Source: Octopus sinensis (taxonomy: Eukaryota). From it: a DNA stretch of 64,000 nucleotides. The DNA lies in contig NC_043010.1 in assembly GCF_006345805.1 (NCBI RefSeq), forward strand, positions 14,694,001 through 14,758,000, in the 5' to 3' direction. A program made the translations under genes and the position numbers. Shown piece by piece: positions 40,345-52,515 of the stretch (position 1 is the stretch's first letter; each line of letters opens with the position of its first letter). The notes below the pieces were generated by a model. The model was not told the origin of the DNA and did not search any database. It saw only the letters and a list, made by a program, of their open reading frames with translations.

Positions 40345-40804
40345 TTAACCCTTTCGTTACTGTAAGAATACTTTTGTTTTAGCCGATGCTAGGGGTGCAA
40401 CAGTGCATATGCAAACCAAATGTAAACAAATACTTAAGCAATAAACATCGCAGCGAGCTCTGTTTTGGGCACTCCTCAGTGAATGTGCACCGAGCTGACA
40501 TCTGTCTTTAGAGACATTGAGTACGTAGGAACGGCAAGTAGTGTCTTTACTAAACCGGTGAACCCAATTTGCATAAATTGAGTATTCTCTTAGCTTGTTC
40601 AAATAATCAATGACGGATACGCCAAGGAGCATGTTTTTGATACCATAGTTGTACTGTAGACCATTCTAGAATGGTCGTAAAAGTTTTAGCTGATCCAACA
40701 TATGTAAATGGATAAAGAATTGCAAAAATAAATAAATGGATAAATAAAAATAGATGTAAAAAGAGGACTAGGCTCAGCAATCCCTTTCGGTCCTATTCTG
40801 GGCA

Positions 40805-41104
<300 letters not shown>

Positions 41105-41382
41105 TGCTTGTTTGTCAGTCAGGAAGAATATCTCTGTCTCTCTGTCTCTGTCTCTCTCTGTCTCTTTCTTTCTCTATCTCTCTATGTATATATATATATA
41201 TACACACACACATATATGTGTTAGTGGTCGTGTTATAAATTATGTTTATATTTGTTCAATATGTATATGTGCGTATGTGTATGTGTATGAAGATCTGAGT
41301 GTAGACCGGGTAGTTAGTGCAAACATCGAGTCGTATAAGTTATGATAATGAAGTCGAACCACTTAGTGATAGCTTGAAATAA

Positions 41383-41455
41383 TTTAATATGTACGTTTCA
41401 GGTTGGCGTGATATATAATAAATGCATCTATTACGTAATACCTTCGTCAGTTAAA
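41383..41455 (-). ncRNA. Type I hammerhead-like motif
   Basis: Minus: UUUAA CUGACGA AGGU [36 nt] ACCU GAAA CGUACA UA UUAAA; stem I 5 bp, stem II 4 bp, stem III one change from palindrome CGUACG. Confidence 0.55.
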
Positions 41456-41483
41456 ATGTTTTATATATGTTTCATATATTTTA

Positions 41484-41519
<36 letters not shown>

Positions 41520-41690
41520 ATATATATACATTTGAAATCTGATGAGTACATTATGTATGAAAGTGGTAATTTTGTTAAAATATAATAAAAAACGTTAAAA
41601 TCAGATTATACTTAAACTGTATTCGACTGATATAGTATTCTATACGCTTTCACACAAATTCGAACAAAATTCACACTCACACACACACAC

Positions 41691-41753
<63 letters not shown>

Positions 41754-41913
41754 TAATTATAAAGACTTTTCTTTGGTACATATATATATATATATATAAG
41801 TGTGTGTGTGTGTGTATAGCAGACAAATATATATAAAGCAATTTATAACATTCGCTTAATTGTTGCTTACTTCTTAATTGCATCGTAATTTGTATTTGTC
41901 TTGATCTTTAAAA

Positions 41914-41950
41914 TACTAATTTTTGCTATTTTATCTCTTTTCAATTGCAG
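41914..41950 (+). promoter_or_regulatory. Candidate 3' splice site (possibly of a 5'UTR intron of the GPCR gene)
   Basis: TACTAAT branch-like motif, pyrimidine tract, TTGCAG ending at 41950. Confidence 0.35.
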
Positions 41951-42368
41951 ATGATGACTTGAAAGTACGATCGCCCGGTTGAATCGCTCGTTATCGTGCA
42001 CCATGTAGTCCCTTGTGTAAGGCGCATCGATAAACTACGTATTGGGAAATATGCTCAAAAATATAACCCAACCAAACATCAAAATATAGCAGGAAACATA
42101 AGAATTAGATGAAGTAGAAGTAAAAAAAAAAAAAATTCAAACAACATAAAAAAAAATACAACCTAATATACCTAATATTTCGATTTGTCAAGTTTAAAAA
42201 AAATAACGCCACCAAAAAGACCAGCAACAACAGTAAATAAAACAAATATAATGAATAAAATATACAACAAAGCAACACCAAAAATATCTCGGAGTCCTTA
42301 GGAACATTCGATTGCATGTAATTTTGCACGGTCAGCATCATCATCATAATAGTCATCATCATCATTAA

Positions 42369-42416
<48 letters not shown>

Positions 42417-44108
42417 TCATCCATTATCATTATTGTCTGCATCATCTATAAAGCCATGAAGTAAAAATCGTTACGTTGCGAAATTGGACGGTCATCAGCT
42501 TCAGTAACTAGTGTCACACCTCCGCCTCTCTGCGTGACCATCAGCTCCAGCACAATCTCCACCAGTGTCAAAGCAGAAGCAACAAAAATATCAACTAGAA
42601 GAAACAGAAATTCTAATAAAATACAAAAAAAAATTACTCCTCTTCTACTCACCTCCATTCCCAATGCAAAATATAACAAGGAAAATAAAACAAAAAACAA
42701 AAAACTGTATTAGCTCTTGGCTCCTCCTGAGCTCCGCCCACCACAAAAACAAAAAGTAAAACGTAAAATAAAATTTCGAAAGCAAAATGTAAAAATAATA
42801 CTTAAGAAAATTAATTTGAAATAATAATTAAATATCTCGCCATATTTCACCACCCCTTCGTTATAAAGGAAAAAAAGTAACTAAAAACGATATAATCAAA
42901 GTTTAATTTTTTTCTCTACTCTTTCCCCTCTTTTTGCTCTCATAGCTCCTCCTTCTTTTCCTTCTCTTCTTCCTTACACTATAGAAAAAAAAAACAAAAA
43001 AAAAACGAAGATAGCAAAATAGTCTAATTTATCCTGACGCCCGACAGTCAATGAACAATATAAAGCCGTGCCAGTCCATTATGGCGACATATCTTGGCCT
43101 GTCACAGAGAATATATGTCACAGCGGAAGCAGTGAACTGTAAAACAGAAGCAACTGTCCAAGAAAGAAGACGTAATATTATCGAACAATTAATAGGATCC
43201 ACCATTTATGACTTGTACATAAGGAAAGAGATTATGCGGAACATTAAACGAGAAATTAGCAAACGATCTTTTAAAGTGTCCTTTTCTGCAACGCAATTCT
43301 TTTGACAAACACGCCGTGTTAATATTCTTAACATTGTTATCATTATTATTAATTAGTGTTTTGATATTCTTGTTGTCAATATTATTATTATTATTATTTA
43401 TGGCAATTTGAAAAAGAAATAATAACAATTTCTAGTTGATTGGCAATTATAGCAAAACTGTGAGAAACACGGGAAAAAGAAAAGAAGAAATTATTAGAGG
43501 AGGTGTAGGAAAATTTATGAAGAGAAATAGGAAGAGAGGAAATCAGAAAGATAAGTAGATAGATAGATAGATAAATAGATGTTTAGATAAATGAATGGAT
43601 AGACAGATGGATAAATAGATATATCGATTGTCAGATTAATAAAGCGACCACAAATACCAATAGAAGTAATAGCTACAATAACAACAGTATTAACGGCGAT
43701 AACAACAACAACAACAACAACAGTAATAATAAAGACAATAATAAAGTAGTGATAAGAGCAACAACGACAGCTAAAACAACATTAACGAATAAGGCTGTCA
43801 ACCTCCACTACCTCATTAGTTTCTTTTCTTGTTCTTCTTCATTAATAGCACAAGTAACAGTACTATTACCATCTTTATAACCAGCATCATCATTCTCATC
43901 ATCATCAACATCAAAGTCACCCTCAATATCGTCAGTGTCATCGTCATTATCAACAACAAAAGCAACAACCGAAACAACGATAACAAACAAACGCATCGTT
44001 ATTATCTTCATGATGATGATGATGATGAATAAATGAAGAAAAACAAAGGAAAACAACTTTAACAGAAATACAATACAGAAGAGATTAAAATCTATAATAT
44101 ATATATAT

Positions 44109-44162
<54 letters not shown>

Positions 44163-45453
44163 TATGAATATCATGTAAATAAAAGGACACAGAAAGAAGA
44201 TATAAAACGTAAAACTACGGAAAAACAAAACTACGAGTATAGACGAAAGAAGGAGAAAAATAAACCGAAGAATAAAATATATTGTAAAACAATTGAAAAA
44301 CCACGACTATCGCATCATTATAAGTCATCATCGTCAGCAGCAGCAGCAGCGGCAGCAACAAAAACAACAACAACAACAACAACAACAACTACAGCAACAA
44401 CAACAACAGCAACAACCACAGGAAAGCAACATCGAAAGCTAAAAAGAAATCCTAAGTGCAATATGCAAGGATATTATCAATAATAATATCATAAGAAGTT
44501 TGATCTTTATGACCCGATTGATTTAAAAAAAAAAACTGCAATGAAACTGAAAGTGAAAGTAAGTGATCCAAAGTAATAATAACCTCAACATCGTCATCAG
44601 CAGCACAACAGCCATTAATAACACTACACAATCTTCCATCATCAGTACCACTGTCCCCAGCAACACTATCACCAACATAACCATACATTTCTTCTTTATT
44701 ACGTTTCCCTAAAATTATTTGCTCCATTTATCTATTTATTTATTGAAATATTCCATAGAACTCACTTTTCTATTTCTTCTGCGTTCCAGTGTTTAGGAAT
44801 TGTTTTTTACCTCTCACATCTTCTATCTCTCTCTTATGTTATTATTTTTGTTTCTCTATCTCTCTATCAATCAAACACTCGACATTTAAACAAAACAATT
44901 TAATAATAATAATAATCGTTTTATTTTTTTGAAAATATTTTCACTTTTGTTTTCTTCAAATAAGATAACTGAAAGATATCTTAGTTTGCTTTGGTTTATT
45001 TGTTTAAAGAAACATACGAGGAACCCGAGTCTCTCCCCTAATCCCCCTCTCTCTCTCACACACACGCACACTCATATCTTTATATGTATATGTATATGTA
45101 CTTGTATATGTTGACTTTACAAGGAAATTATGTAAAGACATTTGGTCAAGTGAAACCAAGCTCTGATAATTGAACATTCTTCGTTATTAACAGAACGAAA
45201 GAGGAAAATATAAAACGAAAAGAAATCACGATAAACGCAGTGAAAAGAATCACCGAAAGAAAGGAGAGAGGGAGAAAGGTGAAAGGAGATAGAATTATTG
45301 AAATAATCATAAAAATAATTATAATAACAATAACCAAAAAAGAAGCGGCAACAAGAGCTGCATCTTTCTGTTTTCAAATAAAATTCTTCATGCAAATAAC
45401 AGTCGTATTCCACTAATAAACCGAGTTAATTTCGGAGTGAAAAGTGTAGCGTC

Positions 45454-46437
45454 ATGGAAACACCACTTCCGGATACAACAACGTTTCACAATGAATCTAC
45501 TGTGGGAAAACAAATATCACTATCTCTACAGATTACCTTTGGCATCACTTACGGGATTATAGCTATCATCACACTTGTGGGCAATTTATTGGTGCTCATC
45601 GCCGTTTTAAAATTTCAACGTCTTCAAATTCCAACGAACTACTTTGTGTGCAGTCTTGCTTTCGCTGATGTGACAGTCGCCATTTTAGTGTTACCACTGT
45701 CTTTAATTTATGACCTTACAGGTGGAGAATGGTGGTTCGGTTGGGTGTTTTGCTACTTTTGGCGGTCTTGTGACGTCATGTGTTGCACAGCATCTATTTT
45801 GCATTTATGTTGTATTTCTCTAGACCGCTATTGGGCAATCACTAAGCCGTTTGCCTACACCATGAAAATGTCTAAAGGAAGAGTAGCTTGCATGATCATA
45901 ACCGTCTGGTTTTGCAGCGTTTGCATATCGTTCATTCCGTTCTATTTAGGCTGGTTCACCGACGATCCAGACACACTATATACAGATACAGGCAAATGTG
46001 ATTTAACAGTTAATAAAATTTACGCTGTACTTTCTGCAATGACATCTTTTTATATTCCATTTATCGTCATGGTATTTTCATATGCAGCCATTTTAAGAAT
46101 TGCGAAAATACAGGCAAACGCCATAAAAAAGAGCATCCCCAGACACAGTTATACCGGTGGTGGCGGGCAAGAAAAATACGAATCGGCGGCTAGTGATAGA
46201 AAAGCACTGAGGACCCTCGGAATAATAATGGGGGTGTTTATTGTTTCTTGGTTACCGTTTTTTCTAATGTATATAATTATGCCCTTTTGTTCTGAGTGTG
46301 AAATATCTCCGATGGCAATATCGGTTATTACATGGCTTGGTTATGGCAACAGTTGTATGAATCCTGTTATATATGCATTTATGAACAGGGACTTCCGTCT
46401 GGCTTTTAAGAAACTTCTCACTTGTTCTGTTTCATGA
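45454..46437 (+). CDS. Intronless class A biogenic amine GPCR, beta-adrenergic-like octopamine receptor type (327 aa)
   Basis: Seven hydrophobic segments; GN (TM1), LAFAD (TM2), C3.25 and D3.32 (SCDVMCCTAS), DRY, S5.42/S5.46 (LSAMTSFYIP), SWLPFF, NPVIY, helix 8 FRLAF plus Cys; N-glycosylation site NES; good Kozak GTCATGG. Resembles Aplysia Ap oa1 from memory; a dopamine D1-like assignment is not excluded. Confidence 0.93.
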   Translation: METPLPDTTTFHNESTVGKQISLSLQITFGITYGIIAIITLVGNLLVLIAVLKFQRLQIPTNYFVCSLAFADVTVAILVLPLSLIYDLTGGEWWFGWVFCYFWRSCDVMCCTASILHLCCISLDRYWAITKPFAYTMKMSKGRVACMIITVWFCSVCISFIPFYLGWFTDDPDTLYTDTGKCDLTVNKIYAVLSAMTSFYIPFIVMVFSYAAILRIAKIQANAIKKSIPRHSYTGGGGQEKYESAASDRKALRTLGIIMGVFIVSWLPFFLMYIIMPFCSECEISPMAISVITWLGYGNSCMNPVIYAFMNRDFRLAFKKLLTCSVS

Positions 46438-46579
46438 ATTTTCATTTTATATATTTAATTAATTTGATTGACTCAATAATTATTGTACATTTTTATTTAG
46501 TAAAAAAAAAAAAATATTTCAGAAATATTAAATTTCTAAATATCTCAGAGAGATATGTGCGGTGGTGGAGCGATAGAGT

Positions 46580-46890
46580 GGTTGTATACTGTCAACTTAA
46601 CGTGACAGTCCCGTAAGGGAATTACACCACGGCTGTTTAGCCCTAGGAAGCATCGACGCTTCCTGTCGGCCTTCAAACATTTCCTGTGTCCTTATATATA
46701 TAGGAAGGGGAGAGACAAACACCCCAACAGCTCAGGCCTAGCTGTTGGGGGTGTTTGTCTCCCCTTCGTAAATATATAAGGACACTGGAAACGTGTCAAG
46801 GCCGACAGGAAGCGTCGATGCTCCTAGGGCCAAACAGCGGTGGTGTAATTCCCTTACGGGACTGTCACGTTAAGTTGAGAGTATACAACC
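46580..46890. repeat. 311-bp near-perfect palindrome 143 bp downstream of the GPCR stop
   Basis: 46580..46732 pairs with 46740..46890, roughly 90% identity, 7-nt loop. Confidence 0.95.
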
Positions 46891-47290
46891 AAAAAATATT
46901 TCATATTTTATAAAGAAAAAAATGCAAACTTATCCACGAAGAATCTTTGAAAATTATTTATTTTAAACCCTACATTTTATTAAAAGGAAGACACGTCTTC
47001 TGAAAAATATGGCTCCCTAATGCCATGGTCTCTCGCATGCAAAGCTCTTCTGTGATCTTCGAAAGGACATTTTTCAATGTAATCTTCTTCAAATTGCACA
47101 AACTTAATTCTAATGTATTGTATATGATGTCTTGAAAAGAGAGAAAAGAATAACAAACTAGTCTAATATTTCAAAATGTCTGTTTGTCATTAATCTTTTT
47201 ACTATCTATTGGGGTTGTGAGTTGGTACTCATTCACAAAATTAATAGAGTACAGGTGTCAGAGAATTATAATTATGTACACCAACGTAAA

Positions 47291-47363
<73 letters not shown>

Positions 47364-47531
47364 GTATGTATATATATAACATAGAAGAATTCTAATACCA
47401 CCTGTGCTCTACAAAAGATTTTTCACTCCAGAATTTATATTCCATTATTTAAAGATTTATCTGCTTCATGATTCACGGTTCCGGAAAAATTATTTCACGT
47501 TAACGAAGTTGCTAAACTTTTATGAAGTCAA

Positions 47532-47576
<45 letters not shown>

Positions 47577-47869
47577 TAGTTGAATGAATTATCTTAGTAT
47601 GGATAATTCGGTTAACCGATACCTGGGTAGCAAATTCACGTCAGAAAAACACGGTTGAAGCTACATGCCAAGGGCAAAGATCACGTGCTTTCGTGTGGAA
47701 ATTTGTGTGTTTTTTTAATACAAATAAATGAAAGAATGGAGTTGAACGACGATTTAACAAAATTCCTTTATTCTCGACATATGTTTCGAAGGCTGCATAT
47801 TCCTAATTTCGAAGAAATAAGGAGTGCAATAAGGCCCTTTGGCACGCACATAAGGCAGGCCTTTCCAGG

Positions 47870-48597
47870 GAGGAAAATCTTTCATACAGTTCGATGATAA
47901 GTTATGGGTCCGCAGAGATACCCCCAACGCGTTCGATGTGCTAATGGGAAATACAGAGAGCGCCCAGATAGCCGATTTGGTCGGAATCTATATTCTCTAT
48001 GAATTGGCCGACCAATTCCCGGACATCTGCGGCGGTCTGTATCGAGACGATTGTCTACTTTACCTACAGAATGCTCCGAACAATATGATACAGAAGACTA
48101 AAAACAGATTAGCTAGATTCTTTAGCAGAATGGGCTTGAGCATAGTTTTCGGCGACGAATTAACTAAAGCCAACTTCTTAGATGTTACCCTAAATCTGCA
48201 GAATAATTCTTACTTCCCTTATCATAAGCCTTCTACTAATCTTAAATATATCAGCATTTTCAGTAACCATGCCAAAACTATCACCGATAATTTAGTTAAA
48301 AATATTTCCTTAAGACTATCAAATTTATCTGCTAATGTCGACATCTTTAACCAAAAAGCGGAATTTTATAACGCCGCCTTGTCAAAAGCCGGTTATACAG
48401 ATAAAGTATCATATATCGACCTGGCCCATTCTAAACCAATATATACTTCTCAGGATAAGAAAACTAATAACAATAGAAATAATGTGAATAATGATTTCAG
48501 CTCTAACAACGTCGACACCACTGTACTTAAGAAAAATAATTTACGGAGGCAATCGGCAACCAACACCAATTTTCCAGCACAGAAATATTCCCTTTAA
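47870..48597 (+). pseudogene. Penelope-type reverse transcriptase, C-terminal half
   Basis: KSFIQFDDKLWV..FDVLMG..AQIADLVGIYIL..GLYRDD..NFLDVTL..YFPYHKP..YISIFSNH; frameshift near 48560-48597. Confidence 0.88.
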
Positions 48598-49618
48598 TGT
48601 AAATGGTAACACTCTGAATAATTCTAAGTCCACAAAAAACTATATCTGGTTTGTCATACCTTTCGGGAAACAAATCAGGTCAAACCTTCCTTTACAGTTC
48701 CGTGAAGCCATAGCTAGGAACTTTCCCAGGAATTCTAGGTATTACTCTACTATCAATTCGCATAAGGTAAGGATTGCATTCTCCAACACTAGAAATCTAT
48801 CGCAGATCATTGCCTCCCATAATAACAAGCTGCTAAATAAGGATTCATCACCCGGGAGTTACGACACTGCTCTTACCAATTCCAACCAAACATACAATAA
48901 TAATAATAATAGAAATAGTATTGATAATAGCAACATTCATAGCAGCGTTGGCATTAACAATAGTAATATTAATAATAATATTAGTCGGATTACTAACAAT
49001 GGTAGTGTTAGTGGTAGTAACGACAGCATTTCTAATAACAGTGGTAGTATTGATGATAACAACCCCAGCATTCCTATAGTCAGGGAAATTGCCGACGATA
49101 GTACAATTAATAGTAATGATAATAATAGGAATAGAATTGTGGTCAATGCTAGCAATAATATTAACAGCAATCATAACAATAAAAACTCCGTTTTAGTCTC
49201 GGAGGTAAACCCTAACAGATTAAAGTTCTTGTCTAGCAATTCCAAAATTAGAAATTCCATTTACCAGTGTAAAATTTCTTCCGGTACCGATGTCTTCTTC
49301 TACATTGGGGCAACTACTTCCAAATTAGCCCAGAGGATTTCCAATCATTATTCAACTTTCCGAGATAAGAGAAAACAACAAAGCACAGGACTAAGTAAAT
49401 TAGTTTGGCGTCTTAAGGACAGCAATATATCTTTCAAGCTGGAATGGTCCATATTGTCTGTATCCTTTCCGTTTGATAAGGGCAGAAAATTTTGTGGCGT
49501 CTGTAATTCCGAAATTTTCCATATATTGTTCGCCAAATTCCCTTTAGTAAATACAATTGTTGAAAAATCCTATAGGTGCATGCACTGGCAGAAACACACC
49601 TTTCACTCATATGAATGA
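48560..49618 (+). pseudogene. Penelope linker (Asn-rich) plus GIY-YIG endonuclease
   Basis: SIYQCKI..FYIGATT..QRISNH..LSKLVW..WSIL..CGVCNSE..LVN..CMH. Confidence 0.85.
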
Positions 49619-50176
49619 TGATTAATATAGATAACCTCCTTGAATTTAATAATTTGGTTCTATTTATACAACACCACCATAGACAAATTTTTATACTCAT
49701 AAAGGACTACTATCAAATTCGTTGAGGTATGTTTTACCTTTGTCTCTCTACCTCGCCCTCCTCTCGCTCTCCCCCTCTCTCTATCGTAAGCACAATCAAA
49801 CACACAGACACAAACCTGTCACTTCACCACCGTTTGTTCTTGGCATCTAACCAACCACACACACAATCACGCTCACACATACACACACATAGACACGAAT
49901 GCAGTTATATACATACACACACATAGGCACTCAATCGCAAAAGCAAAACAACAACACAACACCATTCATATGACTTGCACCCTGTCACCTTCCTATTCTT
50001 AGATCTCTCCCCTCCAACCTTGTTTGAACTCCTGAACTTTCTAGAATCTTCTACATTCAACCATTTTGATGTCACTGCTTATAACGGAATATTTTAAAGA
50101 AACATTCATTATCGCTATGAACTCCGTGTGGGCAGCCATCTAAGAGTTTTTGTTCATCTTGATGCTGACATAAGTT

Positions 50177-50270
50177 CCTTGTTTTTCTTGATGAGAAGGC
50201 GGCATAATGCACCCCTTATTCCTTCGAAATTAGGAATATGCAGCCTTCGAAACATATGTCGAAATAAAGG
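50177..50270 (+). ncRNA. Type I hammerhead ribozyme in the Penelope pLTR (C3U variant)
   Basis: UUUC UUGAUGA GAAGGC...GCCUUC GAAA CAUAUG UC GAAA; predicted cleavage GUC after 50260; palindromic stem III. Confidence 0.75.
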
Positions 50271-50315
50271 AATTTTGTTAAATCGTCGTTCAACTCCATT
50301 CTTTCATTTATATAT

Positions 50316-50362
<47 letters not shown>

Positions 50363-50404
50363 AAAACTTTCGACCAAAAATTGGTCTATATATGGTGTGT
50401 GTGT

Positions 50405-50435
<31 letters not shown>

Positions 50436-50565
50436 CATGTGCGTGTATATATATATATTTTCTAGTTTCAGCTCAGAGCTGTGGCCATGTTGGGGAACCG
50501 CCGTTTTGCTACACTGTTATTATTGAGTGCCTCTTCTATTATGTGGCATTTGGTGAATCAAGGAG

Positions 50566-50660
<95 letters not shown>

Positions 50661-50689
50661 TTGTATGTATTTATATAGATACATACATA

Positions 50690-52515
50690 TAGGGTGGTGC
50701 AGAGAGGACGGACGTTTTTGAAAAATTCGCAAAATCATTAATTTTAGCTGCAAACAAATTTTATTGACATCGATGTGTTCGTTTTGAATTAGCGTTTGTC
50801 AAAATCAAGTGTGAAAAACAACATCCATCATGTGGTGTCCGATTTAATTGATGCATTTCCGCAGGCGTTCTTGGAAGTTGGCACCCACCCTCGCCAGCAT
50901 TGCACTGTCGATTTGGCTGACTTCTACGCGAATAGCTTCCTTCAAATCGTCCAATGTACGGGGCTTATGCTTATACAGACGTACCTTGTAGTTTCTTCAC
51001 AAGAAATAATCGATCACACTTTTCTCTCAGGACGCTTACATTCTGTCGTGTATGTACACTGACATTAAACATCCAGTGGAGCATATTAGCCTCATTTCTA
51101 GCAAGCTTACGCATATCCACAGCAGTCACAGCCCATGTTTCACTGCCATGAAGCATGGCTGTTTGCACACATGCAACATACAGTTTACCTTTTCACTTTG
51201 AGTGAGAGGCCCTTTGTTACCAGCAGAGATAGGGACTCTCTGATCTTTGCCCAGGCTATTCTTATTCTAGCAGTTATGCTCCCAGAGCATCCACCCCTGC
51301 TACTGACTTGATCACCCAGGTAACGGAAGCTATCAACTAATTCTAGTTTTTCCTCCTGGCATGCTATGGAAGCTGTTTTCTGCACATTTTCAGTGTTTAT
51401 TGCCCCTGGGCATCTGCCACACACAAAGAACTGTCTTTCTGGTTGGCCTGTAGCCATTGGTTATGGCTGGTTATAAAGTTACCTGCTATAAAAGGGCTGT
51501 AGTCTAATGACTGAAACAAGTAAAAGAAAAAAATTCAGGGGACCGAAGAGGCCAAGTAATGTCAGCGAACTGGAAATGAGAAGGTCACCGAAGAGAGGGC
51601 GAATAACGTTCATTGATGCTCTGGCTGTGTGGGTCGTCGCTCCATCCTGTTGAAACCACACACGTCGAACAGGCAGACGTTTGCGTCGTAATTCAGGCGC
51701 AAAGAAGTTGTTTATAATCTCGATGTAACGCGCGGAGTTCACAGTAACATCATTTCCATTATTGGTTCCAAAAGAAATAAGGACCAATGACGGCAGCTTT
51801 TCCAACAACATACTAGACCCTCACTTTTGGGCTGAGCAGTGATCTTTCGTGCGGGTTTTCTCGGACGTTCAAGAGCCCAATAACGATAGTTCTGTTGAGT
51901 CACCATGCCATTGACATGAAAATGAACTCCATCACTCATTAACAAAATAAGGCTGTCATTTGCCCTCAAAATTGCTTCCATCTGACGTGCGAAGTTAAGC
52001 CGCTGTACATAGTCCTATGATTTCAACTGCTGCCCAATTTGTACGGATGGAAATGCAAGTCTTCATGCAAAATACACCTTACCAATCGATTACCAATGCC
52101 AAGTTCAGTGGAAAGCCTCCGAGCAGAGCGATTCGGATTCCGCATCAAACCTTGTCTGATGCGTTTCTCATTTTTCGGGGTCCGTACTGTTCGTGGAGCC
52201 CACACCACTCTCCTATTCATTATTGTACATCGTGTACGCAGTGCATTCACCCAACGTAAGATTGTGTTACGGGTGGGAACAGCCTGATTTCGGTGAATGT
52301 TGAAGTGACACCGAAACTCACGCTCAACTGCTGTGACACTCGTTATTCTACGGCAAACACGCGATGCTCTGTCGGCCACACCGCCATGGCTTCACCTAAA
52401 GAGGAAAAAATGTTAAGACACCACGGAGCGAATGGTATATGTCAGATATATGTCCCTCCCGCTGGGACTGAATAATAGCCATTTCAAAAACGTCCGTCCT
52501 CTCTGCCCCACCCTG
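50690..52515 (-). mobile_element. DD41D/rosa-type Tc1/mariner transposon, decayed and interrupted
   Basis: TIRs AGGGTGG(T/G)GCAGAGAGGACGGACGTTTTTGAAA with TA flanks; fragments HPYKL, MSDGVHF, FQQDGATTH, WPLRSP and DYFL..KPRTLDDLKEAIR; exact DD spacing inferred across frameshifts. Confidence 0.88.
51030..51420 (-). mobile_element. RTE-type LINE RT fragment inserted in the transposon
   Basis: LELVDSFRYLGDQV..GSITARIRIAWAK..YVACVQTAMLHGSETWAV. Confidence 0.8.

Larger units (their letters stand above)
47580..50310 (+). mobile_element. Penelope-like retroelement, 5'-truncated, with an inverted partial pLTR at the 5' side
   Basis: RT and GIY-YIG coding remnants; 47725..47828 is the reverse complement of 50208..50310; outer left boundary approximate. 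Confidence 0.88.

Noticed and set aside
47655-47897. 80-aa ORF as the N-terminal part of the Penelope RT
   Set aside because: It is mostly the inverted pLTR copy; RT similarity begins only near 47870 in another frame
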